From Ruminococcus sp. (lineage in GTDB: Bacteria > Bacillota > Clostridia > Oscillospirales > Ruminococcaceae), in contig JAFYUM010000011.1 in the NCBI GenBank assembly GCA_017558505.1, forward strand, positions 13,439-77,438: DNA of 64,000 nucleotides, given 5' to 3'. Positions within the stretch are counted from its first letter, which is position 1. Every line of letters begins with the position of its first letter. Below the pieces are notes generated by a model. It searched no databases. It saw nothing but the letters and a program-made list of their open reading frames with translations, and was not told where the DNA came from. This document shows, piece by piece, positions 9,815 to 20,403 of this stretch. The position numbers and the translations under genes are program-made.

Positions 9815-10315
9815 ATGACTGTATTTTTATGCGGATTTATGGGCTGCGGCAAAACGACTGTAGGCAGGCTTGCCGCAAGGAAGCTTGGTTATGGCTTCTG
9901 TGATTCCGATGAACTTATTGTGGAAAGAGAGGGTATGAGTATACCCGAAATATTTGAACGAAAGGGCGAGCCTTATTTCCGACAGGTCGAGGCTGAGGTT
10001 ATAAAGTCCCTCTGTGGAAAAAAGGCTGTTGTAGCCTGCGGTGGAGGTGCAATGCTCAATCCCGACTCTGCGGCTGCTGCGGCTAAGGCAGGAGTTGTCA
10101 TATTCCTTGAACTTGACTTTGAAGCCTGCTACAGCCGTATAAGCGGTGACTCAAATCGTCCAATTGTTGTCAATTCCACAAAGGATGAGCTTGAGGAACG
10201 CTTCAATGCCCGCTATGATGTGTATAAGAAACATTCCACAATACAAATAGACGGCAGCGGAAGTCCTATGAGTACGGTAGAGCTCATTGTTGACGCTGTC
10301 AGAATGCTGAAGTGA
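9815..10315 (+). CDS. aroK: Shikimate kinase
   Basis: GFMGCGKTT P-loop, GEPYFRQVE, ACGGG, RP motif. Confidence 0.94.
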   Translation: MTVFLCGFMGCGKTTVGRLAARKLGYGFCDSDELIVEREGMSIPEIFERKGEPYFRQVEAEVIKSLCGKKAVVACGGGAMLNPDSAAAAAKAGVVIFLELDFEACYSRISGDSNRPIVVNSTKDELEERFNARYDVYKKHSTIQIDGSGSPMSTVELIVDAVRMLK

Positions 10316-10333
10316 CATGAACGGAGGTTTTAA

Positions 10334-11509
10334 ATGCTTATATATAATGCAGAAATAATAACTATGGACGACAGGGGAACGATAAAAAAAGGCTGGCTTG
10401 AAACAGACGGCGGAAATATCGGTGCCATAGGCGAGGGTGATCCCGAAAATATCCCGGAGGACAGTCTTGACGCACAGGGCGGTTTACTTCTTCCTGGATT
10501 TATTGATGCTCATACCCACCTTGGAATTATTGAGGACGGTGTTGACTTCGAGGGGGACGACTGTAATGAATCCTCCGAGGCTTTCACTCCGCAGATGAGG
10601 GCAATTGACGGTATAAATCCATTTGACCGCTGTTTTGAAGAAGCGAGAATGAGAGGCATAACCACTGTTGCTTCATGCCCGGGAAGCGCCAATGCCTGCG
10701 GCGGTGAAATCGGAGTTATAAAGACGGCAGGCAGACGTGTTGATGATATGCTTATCAAGACCTGCGGTATGAAGTTTGCTCTGGGTGAAAATCCAAAGAG
10801 GGTATATAACGAAAAGGGGGAAGCTCCTGTTACACGTATGGCAACGGCAGCTATTATCCGTGAGGGCTTGTATAAGTCACGAAGGTATGCCCATGATATG
10901 GATATTTACTATTCTGATAACGAAAATTATGAGCCGCCTGAGTATGATATAAAATGTGAGGCACTTATGCCTCTTCTTGAACGAAAGCAGAAAGCCTTTT
11001 TCCATTGTCACCGCGCCGATGATATATGCACGGCTATGCGTATAGCAAAGGAATTTTCCCTTGAACTTGTAATTATTCACGGTACAGAAGGATATAAAAT
11101 TGCCGATATTTTAGGCGAGGAAGAAGTTCCTGTAATATGCGGCCCTATGATATGTGACCGTTGCAAGCCTGAAATGAAGGGGCTGGAGCTGAAAAATGCG
11201 GCTGTACTTGCAGAAAATGACGTAAAGCTTGCAATCTGCACAGATCACACGGTTATTCCGATACAATATCTTCCCATTTCTGCACAGGCGGCAGTAAAGG
11301 GTGGACTTGATACGGAAAAAGCTCTCCGCAGTCTTACTATAGATGCGGCGGAAATCCTCGGCGTTGACGATGTTGTCGGTAGCCTTACAGCAGGCAAGGA
11401 CGCAGATATTCAGCTTTACCGCAAGGGTGACTCTCCTCTTGACCTTATGTCAGAGCCTGTGCTTGTTATGATTGACGGTGAAATCATAAAAAGAGAGGGA
11501 CTGCAATGA
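10334..11509 (+). CDS. Metal-dependent amidohydrolase
   Basis: PGFIDAHTHLG, KFALGENPK, FHCHRADD, IHG, TDH, GSLTAGKDAD. Confidence 0.88.
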   Translation: MLIYNAEIITMDDRGTIKKGWLETDGGNIGAIGEGDPENIPEDSLDAQGGLLLPGFIDAHTHLGIIEDGVDFEGDDCNESSEAFTPQMRAIDGINPFDRCFEEARMRGITTVASCPGSANACGGEIGVIKTAGRRVDDMLIKTCGMKFALGENPKRVYNEKGEAPVTRMATAAIIREGLYKSRRYAHDMDIYYSDNENYEPPEYDIKCEALMPLLERKQKAFFHCHRADDICTAMRIAKEFSLELVIIHGTEGYKIADILGEEEVPVICGPMICDRCKPEMKGLELKNAAVLAENDVKLAICTDHTVIPIQYLPISAQAAVKGGLDTEKALRSLTIDAAEILGVDDVVGSLTAGKDADIQLYRKGDSPLDLMSEPVLVMIDGEIIKREGLQ

Positions 11510-12366
11510 AGCTTCTGGCGGCAATATTAAGCGGAATTATGGCTGTATCAGCCGCCTCCACGACGGCTGAAAAGGACAGCCGCAAGGAGATTTCAACAGT
11601 TATAAATGCGGTAGAATACACTATACTCGTAAATTCTGACGGTAAAACTGCGGAGCTTAAAAGTGCCTATCTTCCCTACAGCTATGCTGAAACTGATGTT
11701 CCTGCGGAGATAGAGGGATATAAAATAACTTCCATAGGTGAAAGGGCATATGCAGGAAATTTTATAGTTGAAAAGATAACAATCGGGCAGAATATAAAAA
11801 GTATCGGAGAAAAAGCTTTTATGAGCTGCTATGAGCTGAAAGAAGTTGAGCTCAATGAAAAAATTACTGCAATTCCCGATGATTGCTTTTTCTCATGTCC
11901 CAAGCTGGAAACGGTGGTGCTTCCCGATACGCTGAAAAGTATCGGTGATGACGCTTTTTATGGTTGCGTGGCTTACGATGCAGTTATACCATCAGGGGTG
12001 ACAAGCATAGGCACAAATGCAATAGGTATGACTGCTGAAACTCATGGTGAGGGAAGTGTGGCTATCCCCGGTTTTATCATAAGAGGTGCAACGGGGACGG
12101 CTGCGGATAAATACGCAAAAGAAAACGGCATTGAATTTATTGATGTGAAGAAAATTAATATCGGAGATGTGAACGGTGATGAAACTGTAAACTCTACTGA
12201 CGCTTCGGCAGTTCTTGAGGAATACGGAATTGTTTCCACTGGGGCAGCTTTTACTTTTACAAAAAAGCAGCGTATTTACGGTGATGTGAATTTTGACGGT
12301 GCGGTTGATTCTTCCGATGCTTCATGTATTCTTGAAATCTATGCAAAAAACTCTACAGGCGGTTAA
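11506..12366 (+). CDS. Secreted BspA-type leucine-rich-repeat protein with C-terminal dockerin
   Basis: Signal peptide; repeats IGERAY/IGEKAF/IPDDCF/IGDDAF; dockerin GDVNGDETVNSTDAS...GDVNFDGAVDSSDAS. Confidence 0.88.
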   Translation: MKLLAAILSGIMAVSAASTTAEKDSRKEISTVINAVEYTILVNSDGKTAELKSAYLPYSYAETDVPAEIEGYKITSIGERAYAGNFIVEKITIGQNIKSIGEKAFMSCYELKEVELNEKITAIPDDCFFSCPKLETVVLPDTLKSIGDDAFYGCVAYDAVIPSGVTSIGTNAIGMTAETHGEGSVAIPGFIIRGATGTAADKYAKENGIEFIDVKKINIGDVNGDETVNSTDASAVLEEYGIVSTGAAFTFTKKQRIYGDVNFDGAVDSSDASCILEIYAKNSTGG

Positions 12367-12521
12367 TGGACTATCAGGGGCGGCTATAATGTTATCATTG
12401 CAAGGTTTGCATATGTTCTCTATTTTAAGAGAGCCCCTATCTGATTTTTATATTACCCAAATTCGACAAATCGCTATGTTTATTCCACACATTTTTTCTA
12501 TGAAAGTTTTTTGAGTTTCTA

Positions 12522-12550
12522 TTGACATAATGATAAAAAAATGTTATCAT
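12522..12550 (+). promoter_or_regulatory. sigmaA promoter of guaB
   Basis: TTGACA-17-TATCAT with extended TGn. Confidence 0.7.
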
Positions 12551-12562
12551 TAAAGATAATAA

Positions 12563-14092
<1,530 letters not shown>

Positions 14093-14113
14093 TCGGCTGA
14101 TTAATATGATTTC

Positions 14114-14142
14114 AACGGCGTATCTTCGGATGCGCCGTTTTT
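14114..14142 (+). terminator. Intrinsic terminator after guaB
   Basis: AACGGCGTATC-TTCG-GATGCGCCGTT followed by T-run. Confidence 0.85.
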
Positions 14143-14184
14143 AATGCAGAGTGTTCCGGATTGATTAGGCATTATCAATAAACC

Positions 14185-14213
14185 TTGACATCCCCCACAT
14201 AAAATGATATAAT
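14185..14213 (+). promoter_or_regulatory. sigmaA promoter of purB
   Basis: TTGACA-17-TATAAT with TGn. Confidence 0.8.
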
Positions 14214-14261
14214 TGATAGGAAATCAAAACCACGGGAAACCGTAAAATAAGGAGAATAATT

Positions 14262-15701
14262 ATGAGTGGAAATGTAAAAAGCTACGAGTCACCATTTTGC
14301 ACAAGATATGCCAGCGAGGAAATGCAGTATATTTTCTCGGCTGATAAGAAATTCACAACATGGAGAAAGCTGTGGGTTGCTCTTGCAAGAGCAGAAATGA
14401 AGCTTGGACTTCCTGTGACAGAAGCACAGGTAAAGCAGCTTGAGGAGCATGTCAATGATGTGGATTATGAGGCAGCGGCAGAGCGTGAGAAGATTACACG
14501 TCATGACGTAATGGCACATGTTTTCACATACGGACAGGCTTGTCCCGATGCGGCAGGAATCATTCACCTCGGTGCAACTTCCTGCTATGTAGGCGATAAT
14601 ACAGACGTTATCATAATGCGTGATGCCCTTGCAATTGTCCGTAGAAAGCTTATCAATGTAATGAACAACCTTGCAAAGTTTGCGGAGGAATACAAGGATA
14701 TGCCTTGTCTTGGATACACACATCTCCAGCCTGCACAGCTTACAACAGTGGGCAAGAGAGTAACACTCTGGCTCAATGAGCTGCTTATGGATTTCAACGA
14801 CCTTGAATACAGAATATCCACATTAAGCCTTCTCGGCTCAAAGGGTACAACAGGTACGCAGGCTTCATTCGTGGAACTTTTTGAGGGTGATAATGACAAG
14901 GTAAAAGAGCTTGAAAGAATGATTGCAGAGGAAATGGGATTTGATAAAGTTGTTCCCGTTTCAGGTCAGACATATTCAAGAAAAATGGATTCACAGGTCC
15001 TTGCAGTTCTCAGCGGAATTGCACAGACAGCGAGCAAATTCTCCTACGATATGCGACTTCTCCAGAGCTTCAAGGAAATGGAGGAACCTCGTGGAAAGAA
15101 GCAGATAGGCTCATCTGCAATGGCTTATAAGCGTAATCCTATGAGATGCGAGAGAATTACTGCTCTTGCACGTTACGTAATGATTGACAGCCTTAACCCT
15201 GCATTTACAGCAGGTACACAGTGGTTCGAGAGAACTCTCGACGACTCCGCAAACAAGCGTATTTCCGTAGCTGAGGCATTCCTCGGAGTTGACGCTATAC
15301 TCAATATTATGATGAATGTAACTGACGGACTTGTGGTATATCCGGAAATTATCCGCCGCCGTGTAATGGCGGAGCTTCCCTTTATGGCAAGCGAAAATGT
15401 AATGATGAACGCTGTAAAGAAGGGCGGTAACCGTCAGGAACTCCACGACAGAATTATGGATTACTCAATGATTGCAGGCGAGCAGGTTAAGGTTTACGGT
15501 AAGGACAACAACCTCTGTGAGCTTATCCTTGCTGACCCGATGTTTATGGTTACAAGAGAGGAGCTTGAAGCTGTATTGAAGCCTGAAAATTACACAGGCA
15601 GAAGCTCACAGCAGGTTGACGAATTCCTTGCAGATTTCATCAAGCCTGTTCTTGAAGTAAATAAGGATATACTCGGCGAAAATTTTGAGATGAAGAATTG
15701 A
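14262..15701 (+). CDS. purB: Adenylosuccinate lyase
   Basis: TRHDVMAH, HLGATS, GYTHLQPAQ, GSSAMAYKRNPM signature. Confidence 0.96.
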   Translation: MSGNVKSYESPFCTRYASEEMQYIFSADKKFTTWRKLWVALARAEMKLGLPVTEAQVKQLEEHVNDVDYEAAAEREKITRHDVMAHVFTYGQACPDAAGIIHLGATSCYVGDNTDVIIMRDALAIVRRKLINVMNNLAKFAEEYKDMPCLGYTHLQPAQLTTVGKRVTLWLNELLMDFNDLEYRISTLSLLGSKGTTGTQASFVELFEGDNDKVKELERMIAEEMGFDKVVPVSGQTYSRKMDSQVLAVLSGIAQTASKFSYDMRLLQSFKEMEEPRGKKQIGSSAMAYKRNPMRCERITALARYVMIDSLNPAFTAGTQWFERTLDDSANKRISVAEAFLGVDAILNIMMNVTDGLVVYPEIIRRRVMAELPFMASENVMMNAVKKGGNRQELHDRIMDYSMIAGEQVKVYGKDNNLCELILADPMFMVTREELEAVLKPENYTGRSSQQVDEFLADFIKPVLEVNKDILGENFEMKN

Positions 15702-15790
15702 TTTTCTTTTAGCCAATGCGTAATTATTTTGTGTGGGCGCATTCTGTGCACCCACAATTACACATAATCTGGCTTATATCGTAATATCGT

Positions 15791-15894
15791 GTAGGGACAC
15801 GGTGAGCCGTGTCCGCAATTTCGGAACGAAATTCTATGATAAATAATTCGGAATTGATACCTTGCTTAACGGTCACGGCACGCCGTGACTCTAC
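15791..15894. repeat. Inverted pair of GTAG-type REP-like palindromes
   Basis: GTAGGGACACGG-TGAG-CCGTGTCC (15791-15814) and, on the minus strand, GTAGAGTCACGG-CGTG-CCGTGACC (15894-15871). Confidence 0.6.
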
Positions 15895-15955
15895 AAAAAT
15901 ATCAGCACACAAAAAATGAATGGCTAAAGGATAATGGCTAAATAAAGGGGGAGTT

Positions 15956-16477
15956 ATGAAAATTCTGACAATTCACGGATATAAGGGAAATGCCCATAAT
16001 GCCGTATATTCGGCTTTGCGCACTCTCGGAGCTGATACAATATCTCCGCAGTTTGACTATGATAAGGATTCTCCCGAATACGTTTTTGCAGCCTTGCGGA
16101 AAATCCTTGACGAAAATCAGGTTGATATGATAACAGGCACAAGTCTTGGGGGATTTTTTGCACTTACCCTTGCAATTGAAAGAGATTTGCCCGTAATGCT
16201 GACAAATCCCTGCCTTATGCCCTTTTTGCATCTGCCACGGCTTGGCTACACAGGGGAAATTGACACGTTTATGAAAGTTTTCCCCATATTCACAAAGGTT
16301 GACACAAGCAAGGCATATGCGGTAATCGGTGAAAAAGACCAGATAATTGATACCCACGATTTCACAAAGAGGATTATTCCGAATTATGATGTTGTTGAGG
16401 GTGCTGACCATTTCAGCCGAAATCTCAATTTAGAGTACTACTTCAGAAAAGAACTTGAAAAAGGCGGTTATATATGA
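15956..16477 (+). CDS. YqiA/YcfP-like alpha/beta hydrolase (esterase)
   Basis: IHGYKG, nucleophile elbow GTSLGG, LTNP, GEKDQII, GADH. Confidence 0.8.
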   Translation: MKILTIHGYKGNAHNAVYSALRTLGADTISPQFDYDKDSPEYVFAALRKILDENQVDMITGTSLGGFFALTLAIERDLPVMLTNPCLMPFLHLPRLGYTGEIDTFMKVFPIFTKVDTSKAYAVIGEKDQIIDTHDFTKRIIPNYDVVEGADHFSRNLNLEYYFRKELEKGGYI

Positions 16478-16974
16478 AAAAAGAATATCTTGAAGCAGGA
16501 AAAATTGTCACAACTCACGGCATACGTGGGGAAGTGAAAATAATGCCCTACACCGACACTCCCGAACTTCTCTGTGAATTTGACCGCCTGTTTATCGGCA
16601 AGGATAAGGCGGAAATTTACATCGACAGAGCGAGAGTGGCAAAAAATATGGTAATTGCCAAAATCGAGGGAATAGATACCGTTGAGGCGGCTGAAAAATA
16701 CCGCAATAAAGTACTGTTTATGCACCGTGATGACCTTGAACTTGATGAAGATACCTACTTCATACAGGATTTGATTGATATGGAAGTCAAGGACGCTGAC
16801 AGCGGCTTTGTATACGGAAAAATTACCGATGTTCTGCAAAATGGTGCTAATGATGTGTATGTGATAAAGGGTGACAGGGAATACCTTGTTCCTGCAATTC
16901 CCGATGTTGTAATATCAACCGATGTTGATAGCAATATAATGCTAATTCGTCCTCTTGACGGACTTTTTGATTAA
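16474..16974 (+). CDS. rimM: 16S rRNA processing protein RimM
   Basis: GKIVTTHGIRGEVKI, YFIQDLI, GANDVYVI, YLVPAI. Confidence 0.95.
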   Translation: MKKEYLEAGKIVTTHGIRGEVKIMPYTDTPELLCEFDRLFIGKDKAEIYIDRARVAKNMVIAKIEGIDTVEAAEKYRNKVLFMHRDDLELDEDTYFIQDLIDMEVKDADSGFVYGKITDVLQNGANDVYVIKGDREYLVPAIPDVVISTDVDSNIMLIRPLDGLFD

Positions 16975-16983
16975 GGTGAATTT

Positions 16984-17700
16984 ATGAAAATTGAAATAGC
17001 AACTCTTTTCCCCGAAATGTGCGAAGCCGTACTTGGCGAAAGTATAGTGGGCAGAGCGAGAAAAGCAGGAAAAATCGAGGTTTCCTGCCGACAGATACGT
17101 GAATATACGCAGGATAAGCACCGCAGAGTTGACGATACTCCCTATGGTGGCGGTATGGGTATGGTTATGCAGTGCGAGCCGATTTACAACTGTTACAAAG
17201 CAGTGTGCGAGGAACTTGGTACAAAGCCCCATACGATATATATGTCCCCGAAAGGCAAGGTGCTGACGGAGCAGAGAGCTGTGGAGTTGTCGAAAATGGA
17301 CAATATTCTCATTATCTGCGGTCATTACGAGGGCGTTGACCAGCGAGTTCTTGACAAAATCGTTGACGAGGAAATCTCAATCGGCGATTATGTCCTCACA
17401 GGGGGCGAATTGCCTGCTCTTGTGCTGACTGACGCTGTGGCACGCCTATGTCCGGGCGTTCTTTCCGATGATGTGTGCTTTACTGATGAAAGCATTTACA
17501 GCGGATTGCTGGAATATCCCCAGTATACACGCCCCGAAGTGTGGGAGGATATGGCTGTTCCGCCTGTGCTGTTGACGGGACATCATAAGAATATTGAAAA
17601 TTGGCGGCATGAACAAAGCCTTGAAATAACAAGGGAACGACGCCCTGATATGTATGAGAAGTATATTTCCGAAAATCCTGTCAAGAAAAAACGGAAATAG
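16984..17700 (+). CDS. trmD: tRNA (guanine-N1)-methyltransferase
   Basis: TLFPEM, VDDTPYGGGMGM, CGHYEGVDQR, SIGDYVLTGGE, LLEYPQYTRP. Confidence 0.97.
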   Translation: MKIEIATLFPEMCEAVLGESIVGRARKAGKIEVSCRQIREYTQDKHRRVDDTPYGGGMGMVMQCEPIYNCYKAVCEELGTKPHTIYMSPKGKVLTEQRAVELSKMDNILIICGHYEGVDQRVLDKIVDEEISIGDYVLTGGELPALVLTDAVARLCPGVLSDDVCFTDESIYSGLLEYPQYTRPEVWEDMAVPPVLLTGHHKNIENWRHEQSLEITRERRPDMYEKYISENPVKKKRK

Positions 17701-17970
17701 ACAAAATATATAAACAGTTGCATAATATAGGTTGTGAATATGCTTGTCTATATTCACTATAAACTGTTGGTATATATTGAATAAGCTTATCCTGATAGAA
17801 AATAACAACATATATTAACAATGAAAACTGTATAGTTTCTACAATATTCTATTCATATATCGTTCATATTCCCCATAGTGAATATGAACAAGGCAAAGTT
17901 GAAAACACATCACTCCTTGCACTTAAATGTAGAAAATATAGCGAAATGTCATTTTTAATACAAAAAGCCG

Positions 17971-17998
17971 TTGACTATGAAAAAAAATGAATGTATAA
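17971..17998 (+). promoter_or_regulatory. Probable sigmaA promoter of ptsH
   Basis: TTGACT-16-TATAAT. Confidence 0.5.
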
Positions 17999-18074
17999 TA
18001 TAATCAGCAAAGGAAATAAAATTTGCGGTGATGTATCACAGAGATATGTCAATATGAGAATAGGAGAGTTGAAT

Positions 18075-18347
18075 ATGTTTGTAAGAGAAGTATTGGTCAA
18101 GAATCAGGTAGGCCTTCATGCAAGACCTGCAACATTTTTCATCCAGAAGGCAAATGAGTTCAAGTCATCAATCTGGATTGAAAAGGAAGAGCGCAGAGTA
18201 AATGCAAAGAGCTTACTCGGTATCCTTTCACTCGGTATTGTTGGCGGCACAAATGTAAAGATTATCGCTGACGGTGCAGATGAGAGAGCAGCAGTTGACG
18301 CTCTTGTTGATCTCGTAGACAGCGGTTTCAGCGAGGAAAACAGATAA
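18075..18347 (+). CDS. ptsH: HPr family phosphocarrier protein
   Basis: GLHARPA (His15), VNAKSLLGILSLG (Ser46 region); AGGAG RBS before 18075. Confidence 0.92.
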   Translation: MFVREVLVKNQVGLHARPATFFIQKANEFKSSIWIEKEERRVNAKSLLGILSLGIVGGTNVKIIADGADERAAVDALVDLVDSGFSEENR

Positions 18348-18368
18348 TAGATATTTATTTTTGCTGAA

Positions 18369-18394
18369 AAGGGCGTTACGGATGTAACGCCCTT
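18369..18394. terminator. Terminator hairpin between convergent ptsH and spoIVB
   Basis: AAGGGCGTTAC-GGAT-GTAACGCCCTT. Confidence 0.8.
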
Positions 18395-18412
18395 AATTGT
18401 TATGGTTTTCTC

Positions 18413-19531
18413 TTATTGTTTCTGCATTTCATTGTACATGTTTTCAGCAAATATACCATAGCCACGGGTAGGATCAGCCACAAACACATGAGTTACCGCA
18501 CCGATAATGCGGTCATTCTGGATTATGGGGCTGCCGCTCATACCCTGTACTATACCGCCGGTTTCAGCAATAAGCTTTTCATCGGTTATGCGTATAATCA
18601 TATTCTTTGAAGGATCGTTGTTCCGGCAGTTTACTTCCTCGATACATACAGAGTACATCTGAGGAGCAGCTCCGTTTACTGTGGAAAGGATATATGCATC
18701 TCCTTCGGTTATATCTTCCGGATATCCAAGGCTGTACTCCTTCGGCTCCGAAAGACGGTCATATGCCGTTCTGCCAAAGGTTCCGAAAATTCCGCAGCTG
18801 TTATTTCCGGTAAGGCTTCCATATGAGGGAAGTCCTATGAACTGACCGTGTAAAGCTCCGGGAGTGCCTGACTTACCCTTCGATACGGAGGTTATTTTTA
18901 CAGGAACAGCCTCGCCGCTTTGCAGAGGTACAAGTTCACCTGTGTCGCAGTCGCAGACAGGATGACCAAGTCCCGAAAATTCTCCTGTTGCCTTATCGGA
19001 GAATGTCATTGTACCTATACCTGCAATGCTGTCACGTACCCACATGCCGCTGCGCCATATTTTTTCCTTTTCAGAAAAAACAGGAGATAAATCCGTGGTA
19101 ATCGGCGTACCCTCGCGGCGGATTTCAAGGGTAACGGTTTCACCACGGCTTTCTGCTATAATCCTGCTCAATTCCTTATTTGAGGTCAGCGGTGTATCAT
19201 TGGCGGAGATGATGATATCTCCTTTTTTAACTCCGGCGGCATCGGCGGGGCAGGATATGCCGTCAACCTTGCTGATGTCTGTAACCATAACGCCTTCCAT
19301 AAGAAGCTTTATTCCGAAAGGATAACCTCCGGCAATAAGCGTGGGAGGTTCTTTTCGGGCAGTTTCAGCAGATATTGCAGAGAAGCTGCCTGTAAATGAA
19401 ACGGAGGCTGTATTGAGTAAGGCTATATTCCGTGTGATGTTATAGCCTGTTACAGAGAATAATCCGAATAAAGCCGCAGATAATACAGCTGCGGAACATT
19501 TTTTGAAACAAATTTTCAACAGATTTTCCAA
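18413..19531 (-). CDS. spoIVB: SpoIVB-like S55 peptidase with PDZ domain (start may be TTG 19519)
   Basis: GGYPFGIKL, PDZ segment, WVRDSIAGIGTMTF, GLGHPV, GGIVQGMSGSPIIQ, GAVTHVF. Confidence 0.92.
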   Translation of the reverse strand: MENLLKICFKKCSAAVLSAALFGLFSVTGYNITRNIALLNTASVSFTGSFSAISAETARKEPPTLIAGGYPFGIKLLMEGVMVTDISKVDGISCPADAAGVKKGDIIISANDTPLTSNKELSRIIAESRGETVTLEIRREGTPITTDLSPVFSEKEKIWRSGMWVRDSIAGIGTMTFSDKATGEFSGLGHPVCDCDTGELVPLQSGEAVPVKITSVSKGKSGTPGALHGQFIGLPSYGSLTGNNSCGIFGTFGRTAYDRLSEPKEYSLGYPEDITEGDAYILSTVNGAAPQMYSVCIEEVNCRNNDPSKNMIIRITDEKLIAETGGIVQGMSGSPIIQNDRIIGAVTHVFVADPTRGYGIFAENMYNEMQKQ

Positions 19532-19643
19532 CTCCTTTCAGCCGATGTTTATAATGGAGATTTGTATCGGCTGAATTTATTATGTATAAAAAAAACTGAT
19601 GTATGAGTGAAAAATAATCTCAAATTAAAAAAAGAGGTAATAT

Positions 19644-20072
19644 ATGGAAAAAAACAAGAAAAAAGCGCTGTATATTGCATATATGATAATTATGGTCATT
19701 TTCACGGTGATTTATTCACTGATTATGGTATGTATGGCAGGTGCGGGATTGATATACAATGGCGACAGCTACGGCAGAGAGCTTGTAAACGTGGGAATAT
19801 GGCTTATTATATCAGGTGTACTTATGACTGCGGGCGCTGTTGTGTGCTTCTTTAAAAAGCGTATTTTCAGCATTGTATCGGCAGTTCTGACCATTGCAGG
19901 ACTTGCAGTATGTCTTATAATGCTATACATACTCTGTACACATGCAGACAGTGCAGGCTGGGCTGATAATTACACTATGGAGCCTGTCAGCCGAATGTAC
20001 AGAGAACGGTTATTGCCTGTTATAGCGCCTGCTGTAATGACGCTGGGAGTTGATTTCTTTAAATCAAGATAA
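19644..20072 (+). CDS. Hypothetical membrane protein (about 4 TM)
   Basis: Four hydrophobic segments; GAGG RBS. Confidence 0.7.
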   Translation: MEKNKKKALYIAYMIIMVIFTVIYSLIMVCMAGAGLIYNGDSYGRELVNVGIWLIISGVLMTAGAVVCFFKKRIFSIVSAVLTIAGLAVCLIMLYILCTHADSAGWADNYTMEPVSRMYRERLLPVIAPAVMTLGVDFFKSR

Positions 20073-20173
20073 TTTGTATTAAAATTAAGAACCGAGCCTT
20101 TGGAGTAATAAGGCCCGGTTCTTTAAGGAGGTGGAGTATATAAAAATTGGAATTATCAGATAATAATTACGTC

Positions 20174-20206
20174 CGGCTTCGGGAATTGTCCCGAAGCCGC
20201 TTTTTT
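20174..20206. terminator. Terminator between convergent membrane-protein and SBP genes
   Basis: CGGCTTCGGGA-ATTG-TCCCGAAGCCG followed by T-run; a second hairpin lies near 20087-20124. Confidence 0.8.
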
Positions 20207-20383
20207 GTCGTTCCTGCTGTCGGATAAAATGTCATATAGTCTGTTATACAAGCTGTCGGAATTATGTCGCTTAATTATGTCACACAAAGATGTCTTACAG
20301 GGATGTCGCAAAAATTGCGTTATACAAAGGTGTTATACAAGCTGTCAGATAAAATGTCGTACAAGTTGTCACACAAAGGTGTC
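20206..20383. repeat. Array of 15 TGTC/TGTT-centred units at 11-14 nt spacing
   Basis: Cores at 20206, 20218, 20230, 20242, 20254, 20265, 20278, 20291, 20304, 20318 (CGTT), 20331, 20343, 20355, 20367, 20380. Confidence 0.85.
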
Positions 20384-20403
20384 TGTATAGAACTAACCCA
20401 ATA

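Noticed and set aside
20205-20390. ORF with SCIFF-like CYTSCQIKCRTSC as a distant RiPP precursor
   Set aside because: No RBS or ATG start. Cys spacing is a by-product of 12-nt TGTC periodicity, and 13-nt units (all of the second array) break the frame.
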